64,000 bases of DNA from an uncultured Collinsella sp. (GTDB taxonomy: Bacteria > Actinomycetota > Coriobacteriia > Coriobacteriales > Coriobacteriaceae), in the NCBI GenBank assembly GCA_902469435.1, contig CABRCR010000008.1, forward strand, positions 9,805 to 73,804. Direction: 5' to 3'. Each line of letters opens with the position of its first letter. Within the stretch, counting starts at the first letter, position 1. Below the pieces are notes generated by a model that was not told the origin of the DNA, did not search any database, and worked only from the letters and a program-made list of their open reading frames with translations. A program made the translations under genes and the position numbers. Positions 19,422 through 28,752 of the stretch are shown here, in pieces.

Positions 19422-19751
19422 CTATTCGTCGACGATCTCGGCAAGCCAGACGTTCAACGTGTCGACCTCGGGGCAGCAGAACTTTGCCGTACCGGGCTCG
19501 TTGCCGGGCACGGTTCCGCCATAGCGCAGGATATCGATATAGGGAAAGCCCACATGGCAGGCCATGGCACACATCTTGCCGCGATCGCGATCGAAGTCAA
19601 AGACGTCGCCCGGCTTGTGCCCATGATGGCAGCGGCACGCACCCAGCTGGTCCACGCAGCTCACGCGGATACGCGGCCGCTTGCCACGCGGCGCGCCGAG
19701 CGGCCTGTTCTCGCCCGCAGGCTTGACGCCGCCCTCGCCAGCATTACTCAT
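19422..19751 (-). CDS. Small Cys-rich protein (TIGR04076-like)
   Basis: C..GHKPGDVF, MC..A, ILRYGG and CCP(E/D) pattern; start overlaps the pdxK end. Confidence 0.7.
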   Translation of the reverse strand: MSNAGEGGVKPAGENRPLGAPRGKRPRIRVSCVDQLGACRCHHGHKPGDVFDFDRDRGKMCAMACHVGFPYIDILRYGGTVPGNEPGTAKFCCPEVDTLNVWLAEIVDE

Positions 19752-20568
19752 GGTCAATCACATCCAGGCATGCCTCGATGGGAAGTCCGGCCGACTTGTC
19801 CTCTTGGTCGGCATTGCGCTCGATTAGCTCGGCCACCACGCGCATGGCATCGGACGTCGCGCGCTGCAGACTCCAACCTGCCATAACGCGGCCGACGAGC
19901 ACCGCCGAAAACGTGTCGCCCGTGCCCGGGAAATAGACCGGAATGAGCTCAAAGGGAATCGTAAAGTACTCCCCCGCTACATGGTCGTAACCGATAACCG
20001 CGTTCGTGCCATTGACCACAGCGCTCGTAATGACCACCGACTTGGCACCCAGCTCGCGCACGGCGTTCACAAGGGCGCGGGCCTCATCGGGCGTAATTTC
20101 CGCGGCGATAGGCGTATCGGTGAGCAGACAGGCCTCGGTGTAGTTGGGAACCGCGTAATCGGCGCACTCCAGCAGGTGCCGCATAAGGCCAATCGTGGAC
20201 TCGGGCACGCCCGCATAGAGCTTGCCGTTGTCGCCCATGATGGGGTCGACGAACACCTTGGTGCCCTTTTGCGCGCGGCGGTGGCAAAAGTCCGAGATGA
20301 TGCGCGTCTCTTCCTCGGTCACGATAAAGCCGGTCGAGATGGCGTCGAACTCAAAGCCGAGCTCCTCCCAGATAGCGAGGCTTTGGCGCACATACTCGGT
20401 GGTGTCGTGGATGTAGAACTTGGGGTAGTTGAGCGTGTCGGAAACGAGCGCCGTCGGCAAGTTATGGATACGGTAGCCCATGTGCGACAGCACCGGCAGC
20501 ATGGCGGAAAGCGCGACCTTGCCGTAGCCGCACATATCGTTAATCAGCAGCAGCTGAGTATTCTTCAT
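19744..20568 (-). CDS. pdxK: Pyridoxal/pyridoxamine kinase (PfkB family)
   Basis: NDMCGYGKVAL, LPTALVS, VDPIMGDNGKLY, PNYTEA and GTGDTF motifs. Confidence 0.85.
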   Translation of the reverse strand: MKNTQLLLINDMCGYGKVALSAMLPVLSHMGYRIHNLPTALVSDTLNYPKFYIHDTTEYVRQSLAIWEELGFEFDAISTGFIVTEEETRIISDFCHRRAQKGTKVFVDPIMGDNGKLYAGVPESTIGLMRHLLECADYAVPNYTEACLLTDTPIAAEITPDEARALVNAVRELGAKSVVITSAVVNGTNAVIGYDHVAGEYFTIPFELIPVYFPGTGDTFSAVLVGRVMAGWSLQRATSDAMRVVAELIERNADQEDKSAGLPIEACLDVIDHE

Positions 20569-20754
20569 GAGGGTCTCCCTTGGGTCGGGCGTGACGCGGC
20601 GGCGCCATAGTGCGACTAAGTGTAGCGCAGGGGACGTTGTGAGCGGAGGCGAGCGGTGCGAAGTGCAAATTGTTGCGGAGAGGTTTCGGAAAATGATCCC
20701 TTTTCCTCCGTCCCCAAGAGATCACATGCGCCGAAGCGGACCGTGGCGGAATCA

Positions 20755-20818
20755 CAGATTGCCGCTTAGGAGCGTTTGCAGCATCGAGCGGTTACGGCGT
20801 TTGGTAAAACGCCGTAAC
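20755..20818. repeat. Second copy of the 64-bp element at 9429-9492
   Basis: 61 of 64 positions identical by manual alignment. Confidence 0.85.
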
Positions 20819-20835
20819 TTAATAAGTTTGGTACC

Positions 20836-20898
20836 TTGACATTTATTTCTTGCACTCCTAAATTAGTTAGGCACAAAACAATTGCACTACCTAACTAA
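20836..20898 (+). promoter_or_regulatory. Sigma70-type promoter and MarR-type operator
   Basis: TTGACA-17-TAAATT; inverted repeat TTAGTTAGG (20863-20871) / CCTAACTAA (20890-20898) over the start region. Confidence 0.7.
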
Positions 20899-20914
20899 AG
20901 AAAGGAGCGACACC

Positions 20915-21421
20915 ATGTGCGATGACCACATCGGCCTCTGCCCCCACACGCCGGGCGGCGACCCCCATGAACCCGCAGATGCGCCCGCGGCACAGTCCCA
21001 ATCAGACGCGCTCGCCAAGCACATCCTAAACGGGCTGGGCTTCTGCGGCCACTTTCTGCACTTTCACGGCGGCGGCGCCTCGGGAAAGGCCCCCATCGTC
21101 TGCTTGCTCGCCAAGCAGCCAAACGGCGAGATGTCACAGCAGGAACTAGGCCTGCACTTTGATCTTAAGCCCGGTTCGCTTTCCGAGATTCTCTCCAAGA
21201 TCGAATGCGCCGGCCTTATCGAGCGCAGCCGCAATCCCAAAGACCGGCGGCAGCTCACCATTCGCCTGACCGAAGCGGGATGGGAAAAGGCCCACGTAGA
21301 GCAGGCGGCCCGCATTCGCTTTAGAGAGCAGGCCTTTAGCGCGCTCACCCACGACGAGCGCGAGGACCTCGCCGAAATGCTCGATAAAATCCGCGTAACC
21401 TGGGAGGAACTGGATGATTAA
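20915..21421 (+). CDS. MarR family transcriptional regulator
   Basis: SQQEL...PGSLSEILSKIECAGLIER...DRR...LTEAG winged helix; AAAGGAG SD. Confidence 0.92.
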   Translation: MCDDHIGLCPHTPGGDPHEPADAPAAQSQSDALAKHILNGLGFCGHFLHFHGGGASGKAPIVCLLAKQPNGEMSQQELGLHFDLKPGSLSEILSKIECAGLIERSRNPKDRRQLTIRLTEAGWEKAHVEQAARIRFREQAFSALTHDEREDLAEMLDKIRVTWEELDD

Positions 21422-23228
21422 AACCCTCATGGGAAGCATCCGCGACTATATGAAAGTCACTGTTGCCACGCCGCTGCTCGTGCTTGGCGAGGTGCTCTGC
21501 GAGATGCTGATTCCATTTATCACCGCCAACCTGATCGACGCTATCAAAGACGGCGCCACCGTAGCCGAGATGCTTCCCACCGCAGGCTTTTTGGTGCTCA
21601 TCGCGCTGACGTCGCTTGCTTTTGGCGCCGCGGCTGGTGTCACCTGCAGCCATGCGAGCTGCGGATTCGCCAAGAACCTGCGTCACGACCTGTTCTACAA
21701 GATCCAGACGTTCAGCTTTGCCAACATCGATGAGTTCTCGAGCTCCTCGCTCGTCACGCGCCTGACCACCGATATCAACAACGTGCAGCAGGCCTTTATG
21801 ATGATCATCCGTATCGCCGTGCGCGCGCCGCTGGTCTTGATCTTCGCCTTTACCATGGCATTTATCATGGGCGGCAGCGTCGCCATGGTCTACCTGGTCA
21901 TCATTCCGCTGCTGGGCTTTGGGCTGTTCTTTATCATCTTTAAGGTGCGCCCCATCTTCTCGCGCGTGTTCCACAAGTACGACGCCCTTAACGAGTCCGT
22001 CGAGGAAAACGTCACCGGCATGCGCGTGGTCAAGAGCTATGTGCGCGAAGACTTTGAGAAGGAGAAGTTCGCGACCGCCGCACGCGACGTCCAGATGGAC
22101 TTCACCCGCGCCGAGAAGCTGCTCGCCTTTAACAACCCCATGATGAACATCTGCGTCAACGGCGCGTTCGTCGTCATCATCTACCTGGGCTCCAAGCTCA
22201 TCATCACGAGCCAGGGCACGCTGTTCGACGTGGGCCAGCTCTCCTCGACCTTTACCTATGGTTTCCAGATTCTCATGAGCCTGATGCAGCTGTCGATGAT
22301 CTTTGTCATGGTGACCATGGCCGACGAATCGGCACACCGCATTGCCGAGGTGCTGGCCGCCGAGCCCACGATCGCCAATCCCGCCGAGCCCGTGCTCGAG
22401 GTTGCCGACGGTTCCATCGACTTTGACCACGTGAGCTTTAAGTATTCCGCGCATGCGAAACGCCAGGCGCTCGACGATATCGACCTGCACATTACGAGCG
22501 GCGAGACCATCGGCATCATCGGCGGCACCGGCTCGGCCAAGTCCACGCTCGTCAACCTCATCGCCCGCCTGTACGACGCCACCGAAGGCACCGTGCGCGT
22601 GGGCGGCATGGACGTGCGCGACTACGACCTGGACGCGCTGCGTCACCAGGTCGCCATGGTGCTGCAGAAAAACGTGCTGTTTAGCGGCACCATCGCCGAG
22701 AACCTGCGTTGGGGCGACCCGAACGCCACCGACGAGGAAGTCCGCGAGGCAGCGCATCTGGCCTGCGCCGACGAGTTTGTCGACGGTTTCCCCAAGGGCT
22801 ACGACACCTGGATCGAACAGGGCGGCTCTAATGTTTCGGGCGGTCAGAAGCAGCGCCTGTGCATTGCACGCGCCCTGCTACGTCGCCCCAAGATCTTGAT
22901 CCTGGACGACTCCACCAGCGCCGTCGACACCAAGACCGACGCTAAGATTCGCGCAGGACTGGCAAGCTATCTGCCCAACACGACCAAGCTCATCATCGCC
23001 CAGCGCATCAGCTCCGTGCAGGACGCAGACCGCATCATCGTCATGGAGGGCGGCCGTATCGCGCAGATCGGCAACCATGACGAGCTACTCAAGACGAGCG
23101 AGATCTACCGCGAGACCTTTACCTCGCAAAACAAGATGTCTGCCGAGGGCGAAGGGGCCGTCGAGGCCGACACCGAGGCATCCGCAACGCAAGCCCAGAC
23201 CCAGGAAGGAGGCGAGGCACATGAGTAA
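21414..23228 (+). CDS. Heterodimeric ABC exporter, subunit with degenerate site
   Basis: TMD plus NBD; GGTGSAKST, VSGGQKQR, ILDDSTSA and IAQR (degenerate Walker B and H-switch). Confidence 0.93.
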   Translation: MIKTLMGSIRDYMKVTVATPLLVLGEVLCEMLIPFITANLIDAIKDGATVAEMLPTAGFLVLIALTSLAFGAAAGVTCSHASCGFAKNLRHDLFYKIQTFSFANIDEFSSSSLVTRLTTDINNVQQAFMMIIRIAVRAPLVLIFAFTMAFIMGGSVAMVYLVIIPLLGFGLFFIIFKVRPIFSRVFHKYDALNESVEENVTGMRVVKSYVREDFEKEKFATAARDVQMDFTRAEKLLAFNNPMMNICVNGAFVVIIYLGSKLIITSQGTLFDVGQLSSTFTYGFQILMSLMQLSMIFVMVTMADESAHRIAEVLAAEPTIANPAEPVLEVADGSIDFDHVSFKYSAHAKRQALDDIDLHITSGETIGIIGGTGSAKSTLVNLIARLYDATEGTVRVGGMDVRDYDLDALRHQVAMVLQKNVLFSGTIAENLRWGDPNATDEEVREAAHLACADEFVDGFPKGYDTWIEQGGSNVSGGQKQRLCIARALLRRPKILILDDSTSAVDTKTDAKIRAGLASYLPNTTKLIIAQRISSVQDADRIIVMEGGRIAQIGNHDELLKTSEIYRETFTSQNKMSAEGEGAVEADTEASATQAQTQEGGEAHE

Positions 23229-25140
23229 GGCCGCTACCGCCGAGCGCGCACGCAACCGCAAGGGCGGCACCATGACGCGCCTCATCAAGACGCTCTTTGG
23301 CTTCTATCCTGTGCTTTTGCCCCTCGTCGTCGCCGGCGTGGTGCTCTGCGCCATCATCAACTCCATCGGCGCGACCTTCCTGCAGAGCGCCCTGCAAATT
23401 ATTAGCGAATCGTGGCAGTCGGGCGATTGGGAAGCCGCACAGCCCAAGATCGCACAGCTCGTGACCACCCTCGCCTGCATCTACGGCGTCGGCGTCCTGT
23501 CCTCGCTCTTCTGGAACCGCGCCATGGCTATCGTCACGCAGGGCTCGCTGGAGAAGCTGCGCGAGATGATGTTCAACCGCATGCAGGACCTGCCGATCCG
23601 CTACTTCGACACGCACCAGCGCGGCGATATCATGAGCCACTACACCAACGACATCGACACGCTGCGTCAGATGATCAGTCAGTCGCTGCCCAACCTGCTC
23701 ATGACGATCATCATCATCGTCACGGTGTTCTTTATCATGCTGTACTACAGCGTGTGGATGTGCCTGGTCATCATCGCCGGCGTCGCCTTTATGACCTTTA
23801 TGACCAAGCTGCTCGGCTCCAACTCCGCGCGCTTCTTCATTGCGCAGCAGACCGAGCTCGGCGTGGTCGAGGGCCATATCGAGGAGGTCATGAACGGCCA
23901 GAAGGTCGTCAAGGCGTTCTGCCACGAGTCTGCCGCCGAGGCCGATTTTGACGAGCGCAACGAAAAGCTCTTCGAGGTCTCCCAGAAGGCCAACATGTAC
24001 GCCAACATCCTCATGCCCATCCTTATGAACCTGGGCAACCTGCTCTACGTGCTGGTCGCACTGGCGGGCGGCATTTTCCTGGCGCTGGGCGTGCCCAACC
24101 TGAGCATCTCGGGCATGGCGCTGTCGATCGCCGTCGTGGTGCCGTTCCTCAACATGACCAAGCAGTTCTGCGGACAGATCGGCCAGATCTCACAGCAGAT
24201 CAACGCCGTGGTCATGGGCCTCGCCGGCGCCGACCGCATCTTTGAGCTCATCGACGAGAAGCCCGAGGCCGACGAAGGCTACGTGACACTCGTCAACGCG
24301 CAGGTGAACCCCGAGACTTGGGAGTTCGAGGAGGCGGACCACCACACCGGCATGTGGGCGTGGAAACATCCGCACCGCGCAACCGGCGAGATCGAGTACG
24401 TACCGCTGCGCGGCGACCTGGTCATGGACAACGTCGACTTTGGCTACACGCCCGACCACGAGGTGCTGCACGGCGTGTCCGTGTTTGCCAAGCCGGGCCA
24501 GAAGGTCGCGTTTGTCGGCGCCACCGGTGCCGGCAAGACGACCATCACCAACCTCATCAACCGCTTCTACGACATCGCCGACGGCAAGATCCGCTACGAC
24601 GGCATCAACGTCAACAAGATCCGCAAGGCCGACCTGCGCCGAAGCCTGGGCGTCGTGCTGCAGGACGTGAACCTGTTCACCGGCACCGTGATGGATAACA
24701 TCCGCTACGGCAACCTGGATGCGACCGACGAGGAGTGCATCGCGGCGGCCAAGCTCGCGGGCGCGGACGACTTTATCACCCGCCTGCCCGACGGCTATGA
24801 CACCATGCTCACCGGCAACGGCGCCCAGCTGTCGCAGGGCCAGCGCCAGCTGATCTCGATAGCCCGCGCTGCCGTCGCCGATCCGCCGGCAATGATTCTG
24901 GACGAGGCAACGAGCTCCATCGACACCCGCACCGAGGCCATCGTGCAGGCGGGCATGGATAAACTCATGGAAGGCCGCACGACGTTTGTCATCGCACACC
25001 GCCTGTCCACCGTGCGCAACTCTGACGCGATCATCTGTCTGGACCACGGCCGCATCATCGAGCGCGGCAACCACGACGAACTGATCGCCAAGCGCGGGTA
25101 TTACTACCAGCTGTATACGGGTGCGTTTGAGCTCGAGTAG
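23221..25140 (+). CDS. Heterodimeric ABC exporter, consensus-site subunit
   Basis: TMD plus NBD; GATGAGKTT, LSQGQRQ, ILDEATSS, IAHRLS. Confidence 0.93.
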   Translation: MSKAATAERARNRKGGTMTRLIKTLFGFYPVLLPLVVAGVVLCAIINSIGATFLQSALQIISESWQSGDWEAAQPKIAQLVTTLACIYGVGVLSSLFWNRAMAIVTQGSLEKLREMMFNRMQDLPIRYFDTHQRGDIMSHYTNDIDTLRQMISQSLPNLLMTIIIIVTVFFIMLYYSVWMCLVIIAGVAFMTFMTKLLGSNSARFFIAQQTELGVVEGHIEEVMNGQKVVKAFCHESAAEADFDERNEKLFEVSQKANMYANILMPILMNLGNLLYVLVALAGGIFLALGVPNLSISGMALSIAVVVPFLNMTKQFCGQIGQISQQINAVVMGLAGADRIFELIDEKPEADEGYVTLVNAQVNPETWEFEEADHHTGMWAWKHPHRATGEIEYVPLRGDLVMDNVDFGYTPDHEVLHGVSVFAKPGQKVAFVGATGAGKTTITNLINRFYDIADGKIRYDGINVNKIRKADLRRSLGVVLQDVNLFTGTVMDNIRYGNLDATDEECIAAAKLAGADDFITRLPDGYDTMLTGNGAQLSQGQRQLISIARAAVADPPAMILDEATSSIDTRTEAIVQAGMDKLMEGRTTFVIAHRLSTVRNSDAIICLDHGRIIERGNHDELIAKRGYYYQLYTGAFELE

Positions 25141-25154
25141 GCTTGGCCACTGAC

Positions 25155-25261
25155 GGAGGGTGCCCCGGGGCGGGCGGGGTAATTCCTCCGTGCTCAAACA
25201 TTCTCGCTGCGCTGCGAAACTGCGCGCGGAGGTTACACCCCGGCCCGCCTGGGGGTCCTCC
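25155..25261. repeat. Long imperfect hairpin element
   Basis: GGAGG..CCCCGGGGCGGGCGGGGT..CCTCCG pairs with CGGAGG..ACCCC..CCCGCCTGGGG..CCTCC around a central TCGCTGCGCTGCGA. Confidence 0.6.
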
Positions 25262-25305
25262 TGCGCGCAATCAGCCCGTCGTTTAGAACGGAATAAAAGT
25301 TTGCG

Positions 25306-25339
25306 AGGCCCTGGCCATTTGGCCAGGGCCTTGTTTTGT
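25306..25339 (+). terminator. Probable terminator between convergent ABC and LysR genes
   Basis: AGGCCCTGGCCA-tt-TGGCCAGGGCCT followed by TGTTTTGT. Confidence 0.7.
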
Positions 25340-25364
25340 AAGGAGCTAAAAACCCCGTCCCAAA

Positions 25365-26246
25365 TTAGCTATTGAGAAGTTGTGCCATGGCGTTGACGAA
25401 TTTTTGGACTTGGAGGGTGGGTTCGAGCGGATAGTGCAAATAGACCGGCACCTCGCGGCCGCACAGGAACGGCACACCCACAAAAGCCGGGTGCACGCCC
25501 GACCACGCTCCGCAGGTGAGCACCGCATCGCCCTTTTCCTCCGCTTCGTTAAAGAGCGCAAAGTCAAAGCTGTCCACGTCGATCACGTCCACGCCGCCGT
25601 CGGCCAACAGGTCGATGCGCAGGCTGTCCATGGCGTCGTTGCCGTGACGAAGCACGCGCAGGCGCATGCCCTCCAAGTCGGCGACCGTAATGCGATTCTT
25701 GCGTGCCAGCGGGCTTGTGCGCGGCAGGTCGATATAAAACGGCACGTTGACAATGCGGAGCTTTTGGCAGGCGTCACCCCAGCGCGGGGTCGAAAAACTC
25801 GACTGCACCACATCGACCTCGCGGCCCAAGCTGCGCATGACGGTCTCGCGCTCGTCATAGAGGTCGTTCACCGGCACAATCTCAAAGCGCAGCGATGGTT
25901 CCAGCTCGTGTACGCCCGTCCACATCGACAGCGTCTGACGCCCCGGGCACATCATCGACACGCCCAGGCGCACGGCGCCGCCATCGCCCGCCGCGCGTCG
26001 GGCGCGACGCAGGGCATCCTCGGACTGGCGCATAATCGAGCGCGCGTCGTCCACCAGAAGCGCCCCCGCCGGCGTCACCTTGACGCCCGAATGCGAGCGC
26101 TCGAACAGCGTGATGCCAAACTCGGCCTCGAATCTTGACACCTGTTTGACGAGTGCCGGGGTCGACACGCGCAGTTTTGCCGCGGCGCGCGAGAAGCTTC
26201 CCAGCTCAGCGGCGGCCGCTATGGCCTCGAGTCGTCGATCGTACAC
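25365..26246 (-). CDS. LysR family transcriptional regulator
   Basis: GSFSRAAAKL.VSTPAL.KQV..FE.EFG..LFER..TPAG N-terminal HTH; divergent from the SDR operon. Confidence 0.9.
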   Translation of the reverse strand: MYDRRLEAIAAAAELGSFSRAAAKLRVSTPALVKQVSRFEAEFGITLFERSHSGVKVTPAGALLVDDARSIMRQSEDALRRARRAAGDGGAVRLGVSMMCPGRQTLSMWTGVHELEPSLRFEIVPVNDLYDERETVMRSLGREVDVVQSSFSTPRWGDACQKLRIVNVPFYIDLPRTSPLARKNRITVADLEGMRLRVLRHGNDAMDSLRIDLLADGGVDVIDVDSFDFALFNEAEEKGDAVLTCGAWSGVHPAFVGVPFLCGREVPVYLHYPLEPTLQVQKFVNAMAQLLNS

Positions 26247-26479
26247 GTCAATCTCCCGTTTCCAGACGTATGGACATGCGCTGCCGAAGGGGGTCGTTTT
26301 GGCAGGTCACACACTCAATTAAGAACAAATTGCCTTGCGTGCTGTAAACCATAGGTTTACGCCATTCTAACAAATATGCAATTCACCTGCGCAAATGCAA
26401 AGCATACGATAACCAGCGAAAACCACGTGGGTCGATTAATGGGAGCAACCCACCGGGAGGCACAAGAAGGGAAGTTCCT

Positions 26480-27361
26480 ATGAGCAACTGGCTTAAGCTC
26501 GAGGGCGATGTCTGCGCTGTGACCGGCGCACTCGGCGGCATGGGCGTCGAGATCTGCCGCGAGTTCGCCCGCAATGGCGCCAACGTCGTCCTGCTCGACC
26601 TGGACGAGGAGAAGGTCAAGGCCGCGGCCGCCGACCTCGCCGCCGAGTTTGGCATCCACGCCGAGGGCTACAAGATGAACGCCACCGACGAGGCCGAGGT
26701 TCAGGCCGCTGTCGATGCCACCATCGCCGACTTCGGCCGCGTCGACGTCCTCGTCAACACTGCCGGCATCCTGCGCTTCGCAGCCATGGAAGACCTGCCG
26801 CTGAGTGACTGGGAGCAGGTGCTCAACGTCAACCTCACCGGCTACTTCATCACCTCGCAGCGCTTTGGTCGCGAGATGATCAAGGCCGGCCATGGTCGCC
26901 TGGTGCACATCTCGACCGTTGCCAGCCACTCCCCCGAGACGTTCTCGGGCGTGTACAGCTCCACCAAGGCGGGCGTCAACATGATGTCCAAGATGCTGGC
27001 TGCCGAGTGGGGCCCCTACGGTGTGCGCTCCAACTGCGTCGAGCCCTGCTTTGTCAAGACCCCCATGTCGGCGAGCTTTTACGCCGACCCCGAGGTCGAG
27101 AAGAGCCGCAGCCGCCTCATCGCCACGCGCCGCATCGGCGAGGTCAGTGATATCGCCAACGCCGTCATGTTCCTGGCGTCCAAGCGCTCGGACTTCACCA
27201 CCGGCGACGCCATCAAAGTCGACGGCGGCTTCTCCAATATGATGGGCGACCTCACCGCCAAGCCCGGCGGCCGTCGAGCCTTTGCCGACAACTACCTCAA
27301 GAACAAGGGTGTCGAGCTTTGGTCCGACGAGTCTGGCGTCGCAAAGCCCACTGACCAGTAA
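26480..27361 (+). CDS. Short-chain dehydrogenase/reductase
   Basis: TGALGGMG, VNTAG, catalytic YSSTK, VDGG. Confidence 0.92.
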   Translation: MSNWLKLEGDVCAVTGALGGMGVEICREFARNGANVVLLDLDEEKVKAAAADLAAEFGIHAEGYKMNATDEAEVQAAVDATIADFGRVDVLVNTAGILRFAAMEDLPLSDWEQVLNVNLTGYFITSQRFGREMIKAGHGRLVHISTVASHSPETFSGVYSSTKAGVNMMSKMLAAEWGPYGVRSNCVEPCFVKTPMSASFYADPEVEKSRSRLIATRRIGEVSDIANAVMFLASKRSDFTTGDAIKVDGGFSNMMGDLTAKPGGRRAFADNYLKNKGVELWSDESGVAKPTDQ

Positions 27362-27427
27362 ACCAGCCTGACAGGGAGGCCCCGCGGACGTGTCCGCCCC
27401 TCCCCCGCATCGATTAGAAAGAGTCCA

Positions 27428-28684
27428 ATGGCTTCCACCAACTCCAACAAGGGTCGCGCCGTCGTGCTTTCCGCCGCGTGCGTCACCATGTTCTTCATCA
27501 GCTCCATCGCTCTGTATTCCGTCGTGAGCAAGAACCTGCTCGCCGTCTACCCCGAGTGGTCCAGCGCCCTTACCTGGGCTTTCCCGGTCTTTCAGACCAT
27601 CATGGCCGTGACGGGCATCTTCGCCGGCCGCATCTCCGATAAGATCGGCCCCCGCAACGTCGTGATTGCCGCCGCCGTGTGCTACGGCGTGGGCTGGTTC
27701 ATGTCCGGCACCGTCACTGAGCCGTGGCAGTTCTACCTGTGGTTCTCGCTCGTCGCCGCTATCGGCAACGGCCTGGGCTACAACCCCGCGCTCACCACGG
27801 GCCAAAAATGGTTCATCGACAAGAAGGGCTTGGCCTCCGGCATCACCCTGGCCGCTTCGACCGCCGGCCCCGCCGTGCTGTCCCCGGTGCTCGCCTCGCT
27901 GCTCATCCCGAGCCTCGGTATCTTTGGCGCCCTCAAGGCGCTCGGCGTCATCTTCTTTGTGATGATCGCCGCCTCCGCCCTGTTCCTGAAGGCCCCCGAG
28001 GGCGGCTGGCTGCCCGAGGGTTTTGAGGCCCCCAAGGGCGGCGCACATGCCGGCACCTTCGGCGACCTCACCCCGGGCGAGATGGTCAAGACCCCGCGCT
28101 TCTGGGTCCTTATCGTCACCTTCGCCTTTGCCGCCACCGCGGGCACCCTGCTCGTTGGCAAGGTTGCCTCCATCGCCGCCGTCCAGCTCTTCACCGACCC
28201 CACGAGCGCCGCGGCCGTCGCCCTCGGCGGTGTGGTGGTCTCCGTCAACACCTGCGCCAACCTGGTCGGCCGTCTGTCCTTTGGCCAGATCATCGACAAG
28301 CTCGGCGCCTACAAGTCGCTGCTCATCAGCCTGGTCGTCACCATCGTCGCGCTCGTCATCATGTCGATGAGCTTTACGCAGAGCATGTTCTTTGTGGCAC
28401 TCGCCCTGCTCGGCTTTAGCTTTGGCGCCCTGCTCGTCATCTACCCGCCGCTCACCGGTGGCGCCTTTGGCACCAGCAACATCGGCGTCAACTACGGCAT
28501 CATGTTCCTGGGCTACGCCGCTTCCACCTGGATCAGCCAGCCCATCACCGCCGTGCTGTATCACGCCGAGGCCGGCAGCGCCGCCTACCAGCAGTCCTTC
28601 TACGGCGCCATTGTGATTGCCGCCATCGCCGTCGTGCTCACCGTCTACATGATGGTCTCCGACAGCAAGAAGAAGTCCGCTTAG
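27428..28684 (+). CDS. MFS transporter (OFA/monocarboxylate-like)
   Basis: GRISDKIGPR, KWFIDKKGLASG, EMVKTPRFW and FG..N.GVNYG motifs; about 12 TM helices. Confidence 0.88.
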   Translation: MASTNSNKGRAVVLSAACVTMFFISSIALYSVVSKNLLAVYPEWSSALTWAFPVFQTIMAVTGIFAGRISDKIGPRNVVIAAAVCYGVGWFMSGTVTEPWQFYLWFSLVAAIGNGLGYNPALTTGQKWFIDKKGLASGITLAASTAGPAVLSPVLASLLIPSLGIFGALKALGVIFFVMIAASALFLKAPEGGWLPEGFEAPKGGAHAGTFGDLTPGEMVKTPRFWVLIVTFAFAATAGTLLVGKVASIAAVQLFTDPTSAAAVALGGVVVSVNTCANLVGRLSFGQIIDKLGAYKSLLISLVVTIVALVIMSMSFTQSMFFVALALLGFSFGALLVIYPPLTGGAFGTSNIGVNYGIMFLGYAASTWISQPITAVLYHAEAGSAAYQQSFYGAIVIAAIAVVLTVYMMVSDSKKKSA

Positions 28685-28752
28685 TTTTGCTTGACGCGGC
28701 AAGGGCCGTTCTCTTGCCGCATTCCACCGGTCACCAGTATTAAGGAGTCGAA

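Noticed and set aside
20569..20754. Riboswitch upstream of pdxK
   Set aside because: No recognisable TPP or other aptamer consensus; the region looks like REP-type palindromic sequence (GGAAAATGATCCCTTTTCC).
26357..28702. Long antisense ORFs (also 12899-15220, 30085-32415, 48467-50692, 53232-55019)
   Set aside because: Shadow frames opposite well-supported genes, expected from high-GC codon bias; no recognisable motifs.
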